Below, piece by piece: positions 45,002 through 59,318 of a stretch of 64,000 nt of DNA. The stretch lies in NCBI GenBank assembly GCA_963693365.1, contig CAVNZM010000009.1, forward strand, positions 4,901,745-4,965,744, written 5' to 3'. The translations under genes were made by a program, and so were the position numbers. This DNA comes from Amoebidium appalachense. Taxonomy: Eukaryota > Protista > Ichthyosporea. A model generated the notes under the pieces. The model ran no database searches. It was given only the letters and a program-made list of their open reading frames with translations, and was not told where the DNA came from. Position 1 is the first letter of the stretch; the number at the start of each line of letters is the position of its first letter.

Positions 45002-48000
45002 GGCATGTGCTCTGTTAAAAAAAAATCGCAACAAACGTGTGGGCGTGTGCTCTGTAGAATCTGTTTATTACTTGAAACACACAAACACACACACATATTA
45101 ATGTGGGCTCTACAAAAGCTGCTTTTTCTGTCTTGTATGTGTGCTTCATACTCTGCTACACATCCCCCCTCCCCCCTCCCTCCCCCTCTCCCCATCCTCC
45201 ACCCCCCTCCTCACCCCCTTTCCCCCCTTCCTCCCGCTCCCGCTCCCCCTCCCCCTCCTCCCACAACCCCTACGGTGCAGCGCAAACTTCCCACTTTACA
45301 TCCCACAAACCCTCCTCAGTTCCCCCCTCATAATAACAACCCCACTAACAATCATTCCCATTTCCTCTTTCCAGGTGCCCCCATGGGCTGCTCCCCCATG
45401 GCTTATCTGCTGTGGACCAAGTTCATGAACTACAACCCGCAGAACCCCAAGTGGGCCAACAGAGACCGCTTTGTGCTGTCCAACGGTCACGGCTGTGCCC
45501 TGCAGTATGCCATGCTGCACCTGACCGGCTATGATCTATCTATGGATGACCTCAAGTCCTTCCGTAAGATCGGCAGCAAGTACGTATTCTACCCCCCTCA
45601 TCCCCCCCCCCTCCCCCCCCCCCCCACCCCCCCCCCGTCTCCCTCCCTCCCCCCTCCCCCCCCTCCCCCGCTTGCCCGTCCCTCCTCCCTTCCGCCATTC
45701 TCCCCTCCTCCCCTCCCCCCCCCCCCCTCCCCATGCGCAAACACACCATTTCTCCTCGGATCCCCCCCCCCCCCCCCCCCTCTCCCCCCACCCCCCGCCC
45801 CCACACAGCCATCACCACCACCTTCGATCCCCTTCCCTTTCTCCCCCCCTCCCTCCCCTTTCCCCCTCCCTCCCCGTTCCTTCCTGCTCCTTTTTCCAAC
45901 AGGCATTGTGATTCGCTCTGCTCCCCCCTGCCTTCATAATGATCCCTCCCCCTCCCCCCCCCTCCTCCCCCCGGCACATGCTCCCCCCTTCCTTCCCTCC
46001 TTCCCTCGCTCGCCCCTCCCCCTCTCCCCCCCCACCTCCCCCTCCCCCGCCCCACCCCCTACTTCCTTTGCCTTCATCCCCCCCATTCCCGCCCTTTCCC
46101 CCACCCCCCACCCCCAGCCCACACCATCTATCCAACACCACTAACCCAACACTCTTTCCCCTTCAGGTGCCCCGGCCACCCCGAGAACTTCGTCACCCCG
46201 GGCATTGAGGTCACCACCGGCCCGCTGGGTCAGGGTATCGCCAACGCCGTGGGTCTTGCCATGGCCAGCAAGCACATGGGCGCTGTGTTCAACAAGCCCG
46301 ACTTCCCTATCATCGACAACTACGTTTATTGCATTCTCGGCGATGGCTGCCTTCAGGAGGGTATTAGCGGTGAGGCCTCCTCCCTCGCCGGTCACCTCAA
46401 GCTCGGAAACCTGATCGTTCTTTATGACGATAACTCGATTACCATCGATGGCCACACCGATGTCTCCTTCACTGAGGATGTTCCTAAGCGCTACCAGGCC
46501 TACGGCTGGCACACGCTTACGGTCGAGAACGGAAATTCCGATCTCGTCGCCCTCGCCGCCGCGATCGAGGAGGCCAAGAAAATCACCGACCGCCCCACGC
46601 TGATCTCCGTCAAGACCGTAATCGGTTACGGATCGGTCAAGGAGGGATCGCACGACGTGCACGGCGCCCCCCTTAAGGCGGACGACCTCAAGCAGCTTAA
46701 GGACAAGTTCGGTCTTGACGGCAGCAAGAAATTCTATGTCCCCGAGGATGTTCAGGAGTACTTCCGCAAACAGGTTGCCATCGGTGCCGAGAAGGAACAG
46801 GCCTGGGCTTCCCTTTTCGCCGCCTACAAGACCAAGTACCCCGAGGAGGCCACCGAGTTTGAGCGCCGCATGAACGGGCAGCTCCCCGCCGGGTGGAAGG
46901 ACGCCCTCCCCAAGTTCACCCCCGCCGATAAGCCCCTCGCCACCCGCCAGACATCTGAGATGCTTCTTAACGCGCTTGCGCCCGTCCTTCCCGAGCTAGT
47001 TGGTGGCTCTGCCGATCTGACGCCGTCCAACCTCACGTGGATGAAGTGCACCACTGACTTCCAGCCCAGCCGCTACTACGGTCGCTACTTCCGCTTTGGC
47101 ATCAGGGAGCACGCTATGGCTGCCATCTGCAACGGTGTCTTCGGTATGTGTACTCCCATTCCTTCTCGTGCCCTTTCTTTTTCTGTTCCCCCCCAACCCC
47201 CTTTTGCTTTTCTCTCTCCCGCCCCCTCCTTTTCTCCTCTCTCTCCTTCCTGCTCTCTTGTCTCTTGCCCCCTCCCCTAAACACACACACACCGGTGATT
47301 CTGTTTGGGAATGAACACCTGCCCAATCTATAGTAATCTACACATGCATCCCCCCTCCCTCAACTCCCCCCCCCCCCCCCCCCCTCCCTTGGAATTCATC
47401 CAGCCTGTTTGCAGCCCCCCTCTCCTCTATACTTCCCCCAATCCCCTGCCTCCCGGGGTCTTTCCTTCCCCATTTTTTGTGTTTGTTGCATCCCTGCCTT
47501 GATTCCCGATCATCTGCTCGTCCTCCAACTCCTTCTAAGTCCCCCACATCAGGTGGATAGTTGGTTGGTATTTCTCCTTCCTTACTGTTCGCCTACCTTT
47601 ACTTTCACCCCTTGCCAACGTTTGCTCACCCCGTCCCCCCTCCCCCCTCCCCCCTCCCCCCTCCCCAACAACAACAACAACCCTGCACCCCTTCTCCCCC
47701 CTCCCCCCCCCCCCCCCCCCCACCACCACCACCACCCCTCTTCCCCCCCCCCCCCTCCCCCCCTCCCCTCTCCCCTCCCCCTCCCCCTCTCCCCCCCACA
47801 CACAAACAGCCTACGGTGGCCTGATCCCCTTCTGCGCCACCTTCTTCAACTTCATCCAATACTCCCTCCCCGCCGTGCGCCTGTCCGCCCTTGCCGAAAT
47901 GGGTGTTCTCTACGTCATGACCCACGACTCCATCGGTCTTGGTGAGGACGGACCCACCCACCAGCCGGTCGAAGCGCTTGTTCAGATCCGCGCAATGCCC

Positions 48001-48555
48001 AACTCTCTTGCCATCCGCCCCGCCGACGGAAACGAGACCTCCGGCTGCTATTCCGTCGCCGTCGAAAACCGCCACCGCCCCACCGTTATGATCTTCTCCC
48101 GCCAGGCCCTTCCCCAACAGGAGGGGTCCGCCGCCGAGAAGGTTTACAAGGGTGGGTATGTTCTTAAGGACGCTGAGAACTTCAAGCTTATTCTCATTGC
48201 TAGCGGCTCCGAGGTCGCCACCTGCGTTGACGCCGCAAAGACGCTCCCGTTCCCCGTGCGCATCGTTTCTATGCCCTGCATGGACCTCTTTGATGAGCAG
48301 CCGATCGAGTACAAGAGGGAGGTTCTCCCCGAGGGGGTCCCAGTGATGAGCGTGGAGGCTTTGGGTGTCACCGGGTGGGAGAAGTATTCGCACGTGCAGC
48401 ATGGTATGCGCTCGTTCGGCAAGAGCGGGTCTGTCAAGGACGTGCTTGAATACTTCGGGTTCACTCCCGACGTGGTTGCTGAGAAGGCTCAGAAGGTGGT
48501 GTCGTTCTATGAGAACAAGCCTGTCCCCAGCCTGCTCGACCGCCCTGAGATCTAA
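44475..48555 (+). CDS. TKT: Transketolase, 4 exons
   Basis: Exons 44475-44589, 45375-45579, 46167-47143 and 47810-48555, all GT-AG with consistent phases. Motifs [60 protein letters not shown]. Confidence 0.97.
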
Positions 48556-48769
48556 ATGCTCACTAAGGGCACGATTTATGCGTGATCTGTGTGTTCTTTT
48601 TCAGGGTTCTGCGGAAAATTTGACGGGTGTGTGATTGTTATAAAATAAAAAAGGGGCTGATTAAACAGATTGGACTGTGGGTTTCTATATATGATTTGAT
48701 TTAGTTTGCGAGAAGGGTGGTGCTTTTAATATTTTAATGTTTTTATGATGTTTGGACGGGTGCTTTAAA

Positions 48770-49745
48770 TGGAGATGGTCTTAAGAAGATGCAATGCAGT
48801 CCTGGCTGGTCCAGGTTTCAGCACACAATAAAAGGCACTTCCTGAATTTTCTTTTTCCTTTTTTGGCCTGTGAATAACTTGCACAACGATAATTTCGACG
48901 TCTCCCCCCATCTTAGGCCCAGAAAAGTCAACATGTGGACAGGACAAGCCTTCATCGTACTTTGCAGACAAACACACGCACATATGCTTTGTCCTACATA
49001 CGTGTACACACACACTGTGACAAACACGTACCTTGTCACCGTGCATGCATGCACACACACACAAACGCATAAGGTGTATGCTCGCATCCCCTCGCCCCCT
49101 CCCCCCCCTCCGCCCCCTTTCCCCCCCCAACCCTCATTCTTGCCGTTCCCATCTTCCCTCCTTCCCCTCTTCGATCCCATCTCAGCCTCTCTCTTTCTCT
49201 TTCCCCCCCCCCCCCCTCCCCCCCCCCCCCCCCCCCCCCCCCTCCACGCCCCCCCCCCCCCCCCCCCCCCCCCCTCCGGCTCAAAAAAATACACGTCACT
49301 GGCACCATGATACAAGCTGTTTATGACTCGGGTGAGTTACGGTGCATCTGCTCACACAAATAGTGCATGCTGGCACCATGATACAAGCTGTTTATGACTC
49401 GGGTGAGTTACGATGCATCTGCTCACACAAATAGTGCATGATGGTACCATGATTTTTATTTTACTACTCCACTAAGCACCGAGTGTACCCTAGCTATGGT
49501 GCTAAAGGTGCATTCAGCTATGCTGACACACCATTATCAATCGCAACTAATAGTAAAAGTACATGGTCTTGGTTTTAGAGAAGATGCAATGCAGTCCTGG
49601 CTGGTCCAGGGTTTAGCACACAATTTGAATCCGTTTTTGATTTTTTTCTCTTTGGTCTTGTGAATAATACCTACACAAGACGATGTCCTCCTCCTCCTAG
49701 GCCTCCAACTTCGAAAACTAAACAATATGTAGACAGGGCGAACCT
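48770..49745. repeat. Two diverged copies of a ~180-bp sequence (~48770 and ~49560) enclosing a 71-bp tandem repeat (49301-49452)
   Basis: AGAAGATGCAATGCAGTCCTGGCTGGTCCAGG occurs twice; GGCACCATGATACAAGCTGTTTATGACTCGGGTGAGTTAC.. repeats with a 71-bp period. Confidence 0.85.
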
Positions 49746-50649
49746 TCAATTTTCTTTGTGTGCGGACAAACACACAAACGGAGACTCTTCCACATATACA
49801 CACAATCAAACCTCGTCTCGGTGCATGTGGACATTACGCATGTATGTTCCACTCCATTCCCCCCCCCCACCCCCCCCCCCCCTCAAACACCGCCCTCCCC
49901 CTCCCCCCATATATTAAAACCCCCCCCTCACTAGCCCTCCCCCTCCCCCCTCCTTCCTCCCCCCCCCCCCCCCCCATGGAGCCCCCCCCCCCCCTCCCCC
50001 CCCCCCCTGCCCGCCCCCACTGGAGGGCCCCCCTCCCCCCCCCCCCCCCCCCCCCAAACCACCCCACCCCCCTCCGCTCACACATACATACATACCGGGC
50101 CACACCGTGATACATATGCATGCTCAACGGTCATAGCAACTACGGCACATATGCACCCGCACAAATAATGCCCCATGATATCTGAACGGCATACTGCACA
50201 TGTCCACCGAAAAATACTTGCACACGGTACATCTGCACACTCAAAGTCGTAACATATACTAATTAGGCATACATACATGCACACACCACCCTGTGATGCC
50301 CTTGTTTTACATATGATACAGACCTGAATCGGACCCCTGGCCTTGCAGCAATCCAACCCACTATTACAGCTGCGCACATGTGCGGCACAAGCACATCACT
50401 AACACATCATGCAAACACATTTCCACAAACAAACACCATCCCAATTTTAAGGTGTAATAACATTACTACCCCATCCAAATGAAAAAGCACATACTAGAGT
50501 GCACAGAAAGAGAGAGGGCAGAGCAGGGGGGGGGGGGGGGGGGGGGAGAAGGGGGGGGGGGGGAGAAGGGGGGGGGGGGGGGGGGGGATAGAGCCTCGGG
50601 GTCAGGGGGGGGGGGGAGAGAGAGAGAGAGAGAGGGGGGGGGGGGGGGG

Positions 50650-50788
<139 letters not shown>

Positions 50789-50958
50789 GGAGGGAGAGAG
50801 ACAGCGAGAGAGAGACAGAGAGAGAGAGAAATAGAGGGAGGGAGAGATAGAGTGAGAGAGAGACAAAGAACAGAGAGAGAGGAAGAGGAGGAGATCGGTT
50901 CCCTGCTTGCACGCTGAAGGAAAATGTTCGTGTTTCGGAATCCGAATATTGGATGGAA

Positions 50959-51078
<120 letters not shown>

Positions 51079-51085
51079 ACATGTG

Positions 51086-51119
<34 letters not shown>

Positions 51120-51147
51120 ATTGGGGGGGGGGGGGGCGCGCGCGCGC

Positions 51148-51179
<32 letters not shown>

Positions 51180-52342
51180 GTGTTTGTGTGTGTAAGTGTG
51201 CTTGTTTGTGTATTTGATTGACATGGTTGGGTGTACGTGTTATTCTGTGAATATTCAGAATGTTTTTCAGCATGTGCGCCTGTGTGCCTCAGGCTGTGTG
51301 CCGCATTGCCGCAAGTTGTATGTGCACGCGCGTATGTATACACGTGTTTGTGTGTGTGTTTGTTTAGCGTGTGTTTGTGTGCATGCGTGTTTGTGATTGT
51401 GTGTCTGTGTGCGTGTGTTTTAGCGCGCATGTGTGTCTGTGCACCTGAGGACGGCAAAAAATGGCGGTATATCAGCTTCTCTGGCACCGTGCACGTGTTT
51501 GCCGATTCACGACGGTGTTGATGCCGATATGATTGGCTTAGCCGATCTATCCAGTTTATCCGGCTAGGTGGCCAATGCGGGCAGAGCCCGACTCGGCGCA
51601 GCAGGCATAAAAACGGAGCAACAGGCTTGAAGCTGGAGGTTCCTTCCACAACCAAATTCTCGTCTTTGATCTCTCTTCTTCTCTCACTCTTCAACGATTC
51701 TCTCTTATTCTCTCTCTCTCCCATCTCAAAGTCAACGGGATGGCGAAAACCAATCAATTGTAAAGACACATTCCTCGGTAAATGCAGCCAATAGGGTAGG
51801 ACTCCCCCTATATCTTATATTGAAAAGCCCTGGGGACGGTACAGAAGCACTCCCATATTGTGCAGTGTGCATTGCTACAAGCTCATTGTAAGCTCACCAT
51901 ACCTGCAGCTATATCTCAAATAATGCTTTTGCAAATACGTGCCCACACATGTATTGTTAGTCTGTTCACGATTGAATGGGCGGAGACAGCCTCTGCCATG
52001 ATAAGTCACAGGAGTGGTGGATCCCCCTATACCAACACCAAACGGCAAGAAGAGCTGGTGGCGCAGCGCATAGGTGCTAGAAGTCCGCAGGAGTCAACGC
52101 ATTTGTTTCAGGGGTCATGACCGAATTTTACTTCCATACATTCAATATGTAGAAAATGCCTGTAATTAGGCATATAATAACCAGAAAACCCGCGCCTGCC
52201 CGCGGTGCCCATCGCCCGGCGGCGTCACAGTGCCGGTGGATTCCGAACAGGGTTCGAAGTTACGAAAAACAAATCGGAATTTTCGATACTTGAAAACACA
52301 GTTCCGAAAATCGTCCCGGCCGAATCGGAACGTGCGAGAGGT

Positions 52343-52376
<34 letters not shown>

Positions 52377-53216
52377 CCCCCGGGGGGGAAGCTTCTCATG
52401 ACTTCGCAGGTCTCATCATACACGGGGCATACACCACCCACACAAGCTGCACACGTACGTACGTGTCTCCCTATCCCTGTAGAATGTTCAATGGCAGACC
52501 CTGACTACAGCGCCAGCTAGCACATGTTACAGTACATGATGTCACACCAAACACATTTATGCACCGTACCCACGCACACACACACAGACACAGACACCCA
52601 CACACAAATTCACACACACACAGCCGTGACACCACATATGCATCATAGCCATGCATGGCCACATGAACATACAATGCACATGCCTGCGCATGTATATATA
52701 GGCCGGCCTCCACTTCAAAACTTCCCCCCCCCCCCCCAGAAATCGAACCCCATTCCCCCCTCCTCCGCTGCCCACCGTTCCCTCCACCAGTGCTGCCCCT
52801 CCTTCTCCCCCACCGCCGCTCCGGCCTCACCCCTCCCCCCCCCCCCCCCCCCTCTCAGGCGGATCCCTCCCCCCCCCCCCCCCCCCCCCCCCCATTCCCC
52901 CACAGAAAGGCCTAAACATGGAATGGATCTAGATGCTCAGAGTCGACGGCCACCAGGTACGCAGGTGCCACGTGTATCACGATCAGTGGCACGCGTCTTC
53001 AATGGCAGGCGATACACACTGTGCACCACTGTGTTCCGTTTAAAAACACACATGCACATACATACACAGCCGTGACACCACACAATCATGTGACCTAGGC
53101 TAGTACACGTGCACAGGCACATACTATCTCAGATCATGATAACTGTATTACAAACGTGCACATGCATCCACCCTGTACAATCACATGCTATGCACCCACC
53201 CACCCACATACACACA

Positions 53217-53247
<31 letters not shown>

Positions 53248-53302
53248 TTACACTACACACACACACCATGTACACGGCGCACGCACACACACACCGTGGC
53301 AC

Positions 53303-53337
<35 letters not shown>

Positions 53338-53525
53338 CAAGAAACCGTTGGTACAAACACACACACCCACACTGGCATGTACACACACATACACAGACAC
53401 ACACACCTTGCATACATACACACCACACTGCACACACACACACATACATACACACACTGTACATACATACACGCACACCATAACCGTTGATGCAAAACAC
53501 ACACACACATGCACACAGTGTCATG

Positions 53526-53557
<32 letters not shown>

Positions 53558-53772
53558 CACACACACACGTGCACATGTGCACACATGCACACAACATAGA
53601 CACACACACACCGATTACCGCTGACACAAATACACACACCCACACCTGTACACATACACACAGACACACAAACCGTGCATACATACCCACCACACACACA
53701 CACACACAATTGCAAAGAAAAATACACACACACACACACAAACACAGACACAACCACCCAACCTGATTTTCT

Positions 53773-53805
<33 letters not shown>

Positions 53806-54461
53806 ACCCTCTCCCGGCCCGGGCCCCCCCCCCCCAAACATTCGATTTCTGCCTGAGCTTCCCATGTTGCTGCCTCAACTCACTCCCCCCTCCCCCCCCC
53901 CCTCCCCCCCCCCCCCCCCCCCTCCCTCCCCTCCCCTCCCCCAGAATTTTTAAATACGGAGACAAAAATGCATATATATTGTGCATTAATGCACTTCATA
54001 TTTCCCTTTTGTTCCTTCAAAGCTTCAACTGCCAACACCAGGAAGGCCTCTAATAACCACAGGGGTTTTTGAGTATGCATTATAATTCCATTTTGATGCA
54101 ATATAGGCACAAATAAGCATGCCCTATTTTACTGATGCGCGATGGTTACGATTTTTGGTGGGCCTGCTCCGACGGAGCATTCCGATTTTCGAAGAGGTTT
54201 TCCGAAACGGGATTTCGACTTTCGTTAATGGGCTCCACCGTCCTTCGAACCCTGATTCCGAATATTCGTCATCCGTTGTCTCGACAAATCTAACCAATTG
54301 CAGCAACCGATCTTATCCGTCATCATGACGCAAGATAACGATGCATTCCTTCGCAGGTACATAAATGCAGCAGGATCGGGGTCAGAACTCACACCAGCAG
54401 CTCACGCAAACATTCTCGCGAAGCCCTTAACAGCCACTGCAGAAAAAACACAACTATCACC

Positions 54462-54887
54462 ATGAAGCTCATAATTGCTACCGTCTTTTCCGTCCTCGCG
54501 TCCACGTGCACCGCCACCGCCACTCACTCACCCACCGGTACCCCTGCACATCATGAGGTAGATCTTTCTCAACAACCCCATGTAGGCCACTTGCGACACG
54601 ATAATGCCGAAAAGTACGGCCAAAAGTCAGACCACCACGACGTAAATTCCCAACAACATGGCCAGTTACGCCACGAAAATGCGGAGAAGTACAGCCTGGA
54701 GGATCATCACGGAGCTAAGAGCCGCATGCAGCCCAAGGCCGACAAGAACTATGCCATGACCTGCGGCGAGTGGGCGAAGGAAAACGGCAGCTGCCGGCGT
54801 GTCTACAGCAGCCGCTGGTGCACCCGCTGGAGCGGCTGGGAGGGTTACCGCAAGTGCAGCGCAAAGTACTGCTGCAAGAGGTATTGA
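54462..54887 (+). CDS. Secreted protein with a His-rich repeated region and a cationic C-terminal six-Cys domain
   Basis: Signal peptide MKLIIATVFSVLASTCTATA, two repeats of HH.V..QQ..G.LRH.NAEKY, C-terminal C-x9-C-x8-C-x11-C-x4-CC, and TATA-like TACATAAA at ~54358. Confidence 0.85.
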   Translation: MKLIIATVFSVLASTCTATATHSPTGTPAHHEVDLSQQPHVGHLRHDNAEKYGQKSDHHDVNSQQHGQLRHENAEKYSLEDHHGAKSRMQPKADKNYAMTCGEWAKENGSCRRVYSSRWCTRWSGWEGYRKCSAKYCCKRY

Positions 54888-56159
54888 AGATGACAACAAA
54901 TAAACCAACATAGTGAGCTAATTAGCTTGAATATCATCACAGTGCGGCGGTAGCAATTTGCCTTGCACACATTGATTGAGGTATTTAAAATGTGCAAGTC
55001 CATCAAATTTTAAGGAACCATGTGACACGCATACAATACAGTAGCTCTAAAACTTGTGCAGGCAAAGCCGGCTGACTGTAAAAAGAGCAGGCCTGTTATG
55101 TAGAGAACGTTAATGTTGCGCTGCATGCTACGAAAATCGTACAGCTATTATGTGTTTTTTCACGTAGTCGAGCTCACATAACATTAGCCTCTGGTGGGCC
55201 AAATATATGGTGATTGGAACACGGAGTATGGGCGCCTTATGAGATACACATTAAAGAACAAAAAAAAAAAAAACACAGGCACCACGAGTTCTTAAGGCTA
55301 ACCGTAAAAACCCGCACACAAATCATGGCATACAGGAATGCGCGCCTGCACACACACACACACACACACACAAACACAAACAACCGTGTGAATATGCACA
55401 CACATACACCTCACACACCCAGACTGACAGAGACATCCACGTGCCCACACATGCACACATGCACACATGCGCACATGCACAATTATGATGACACTGTGCA
55501 CACGTACACACACACACACACGTACACACAAGATGGCATACACGCATGCACACACACATACACACACACGCACGCACATACACACACACACATGCATGCA
55601 GACACACCTGGCATATACAGGCGCTGCGTCTTGCAAAGTAAAGACGGCGGTGGCTCGATAAGATGGGCTCAAAATGGATAATTAAAAAAAGAAAAAATAT
55701 ATACACATGACCACGTCGAAAAAAGCACATCACATACTATGCGCACACGCGCACACGCACACATGTACACGCGTGCGCGCACGCGCGCGCGCGCGCACAC
55801 ACACACACACACACACGCACACACACACAAACACACACACACACACACCGGCACACACACATACACAGCACACCATGTGGTCTGCACATACACCCAAAAC
55901 GAAACAAATAAAAACATGTACAACAGCTATTCACCACACTTAGTCAAACCGCACCTATGAACAACAATTTTTTATAAAAAAAACGTGCCGTGTACGCTGC
56001 CATGCCCCTTCGAAAACCGTTCGGCGCTTCACATGTACACATTCACACGCATAAACAAGAAGGCCCCACCTGCAGAGCACATGCACATCCCTTTCGCGCG
56101 AATGTTTTTCTCTCTTTTTCCGTACTCTCTACCCTTCCTCCCCCCTCTCCCCTCCTTCC

Positions 56160-56193
<34 letters not shown>

Positions 56194-56746
56194 CCTTTGC
56201 ACCCGTCGTGTTACGCAAACTCAGTTGGCAAGGGAAACGATGTGGTGATGGTGGGGGGGGGAGGGGGAGGGGCAAGTGTACCCATATGCATAGGCGCAGA
56301 GAGACATCCACTTGTTATGACACCGTTTTGGCAAACACGCACTCACTTAGGCAAACCCATTCACCTACAAAGGGCACAATGTCGACACACATGCCGCTGA
56401 CACGGACACCTGCATGTATCTGAATCTACACAATTGGGAAGATGCGCATACAACACATACACACAAGCACAAACACACACTGACACAAGCTCATGCACAT
56501 ACATACAAGGGCGCTCACGCACACGCACGCACACGCACACACACACACAGTCCACCGCGACGGTCAAGTCTTGGGGCAGGTATCCATTAAAAAGGCAGCT
56601 GTGCTGAATATGGCCCTAACAAAAAAAGTTCAAATTAAAAAAGCATTCGCACACACACACACACTCGCACTCACACTCACACTCACACACGCACGCACGC
56701 ACGTACGCACGCACGCACACACGGACGCACACACACACACACACAC

Positions 56747-56777
<31 letters not shown>

Positions 56778-56872
56778 AGTCTTACAAGTATGATGCCGTT
56801 GATCCAGCTAAACTAGGCAACACGGTCCCCACGGAAAGCAGAAGCAGGCAGTGTGTGTGTGTGTGTGTGTCT

Positions 56873-56919
<47 letters not shown>

Positions 56920-56932
56920 CGTGCGTGTGTGC

Positions 56933-56972
<40 letters not shown>

Positions 56973-57031
56973 GTTTGTGCGTGTGTGCGTGTGTGTGTGT
57001 GTGTGTGTGTTTGTGAGTGTGAGTGTGTGTG

Positions 57032-57071
<40 letters not shown>

Positions 57072-57093
57072 TGTGTGCGTGCGTGCGTTCGTG

Positions 57094-57133
<40 letters not shown>

Positions 57134-57159
57134 CGTGCGTGTGTGTGTGTGTGCGTGTG

Positions 57160-57206
<47 letters not shown>

Positions 57207-57226
57207 ATGTGTGTGTGTGTGCGTGC

Positions 57227-57264
<38 letters not shown>

Positions 57265-57274
57265 TTGTGTGTTT

Positions 57275-57386
<112 letters not shown>

Positions 57387-57452
57387 TGGGGGGGGGGGGG
57401 AGAGGGGGAGGGGGGGGCAAGGGGAACGAACATCCTCACATGCCACTGAGGT

Positions 57453-57487
<35 letters not shown>

Positions 57488-58127
57488 AGCCCCAGCCCTC
57501 CCCCCCCCCCCCCCCCACCCACCCACTCGCCGACACACCGGTACCATGTATCACTGTTACACTAGTGACTAGTGAAGTCTTCCGGAAAGCCAAAGCTGCC
57601 CTCAACCCCCCCCCCCCCCCCCCCCCCCTCCACCCCCCTCCCCCAACACAACCATCGACCCACCCACCTAAGGGCACCCATCCCTCCAACCACCCTCCCG
57701 CCAGTCATACATTCATATGGGCAGTGAGGGGTGCATTGCCGCTGGCATGCGCACAAACGCAACCCAAGCAAGCAGAAAAGAAGAAAAGTGTATCCCACGC
57801 ACATCATAAACAGATCTCTTGCACATTCTCAGGCACACAAACAAACACACGCATCCTAATGCACAAACACAGAGAAACGAGCGTTGCAAACAACTCTAGA
57901 TCTCTGACACCCATCTTGCACACCCAGCGCACGCACACACACCATGGCTCAAAACGATACAGTACACGCACACGCACGCAAACGCACACGCAGAACGTGC
58001 ACACACACACACACATGCACACACACGTCCACAGCCTCAAATCGAAAAACCCGTACACAAAAGCGTACAGACACGCACACTGTGTAAAACCACGTGCACA
58101 TCATGGCACACGCATATTGAATACGCG

Positions 58128-58255
<128 letters not shown>

Positions 58256-58311
58256 ACACCCACGTGCACACCGACAGACAGACAGACAGAGAGAGAGAGA
58301 GGGGGGGGGGG

Positions 58312-58403
<92 letters not shown>

Positions 58404-58947
58404 GGAAGAGAGAGAGAGAGAGAGACGTACAGACACACACGTGCTTGATATATATACACGCACGATACCATACTTGGCTACGTACACTTCCTTATAATAA
58501 TACATGTTTGCTACACAGTTCGAAGCTGTATGATAGTTATTATAATAGTGCACACGTGTAGAAATTGTTAACAAACAAATCCACCAGTACTTAACTTATA
58601 TTAGTGGACGCACACCGTTGAACCACGCACGGACACGCACACGTACAATCAGTGACAAAGGTCTGCACTGGGATCCGAAGGCACATCGCATCCAGCATGA
58701 TTACATGTACATACGACACACGGACTTAATAAGAATATGACACTTGTTGGAGATAAATGCGATACAGAGAACTTTTTTTAACATATGTAGCAACCTATAC
58801 AATCCGCCATCGTAACTTTTTGTCCGGCTGGAGAAGCCCATGACCCATCTGTTTGTTGTCGCTAAAAAAAGCTCTGTGGGATACAACCAGCTTGCACGAC
58901 GTCACGTTCCTTGGGATATTCGGGTTGGTTGTAAGGTTTTCCGGGTC

Positions 58948-59027
58948 GGGCCGAAGGCCCTAACGGGCCGCAGGCCCGTCTATTGGGCCATAGGCCCTAG
59001 GCCGCGAGGCCTGGGGCCTGGGGCCCC
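58948..59027. repeat. Array of five GGCC-N3/4-GGCC mini-hairpins
   Basis: GGGCC-GAA-GGCCC, ACGGGCC-GCA-GGCCCGT, GGGCC-ATA-GGCCC, AGGCC-GCGA-GGCCT, GGGGCC-TGG-GGCCCC. Confidence 0.9.
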
Positions 59028-59318
59028 GGGGACCGGGGGCCTCCCCACCCCCGCGAGCCACCCCCGGCCCGGCCCGGCCCGCGGGGGAGGGGGTTAGCAG
59101 ACTCTGAAACACCATGTCGACATCCAATAAACGTCAGAGACGAGCAAGCAGGTCTTGCACTTAGTCTGAAAACAGCTTTCAAAGCTACCGCGGCGGGGCA
59201 TGGGGGGCTGGGGGTGGCTGGGGGTGGCACACTAAGCATGGGGCCGGGGAGGACGGGGAGGCACGGTGGCTCACCGGCGGCTCGCTTGGGCTTGATGTTT
59301 TTTTTTCTTTGTGCTTAT

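Noticed and set aside
44714-46144. 476-aa Pro-rich ORF
   Set aside because: It is transketolase exon 2 read through flanking C-rich introns.
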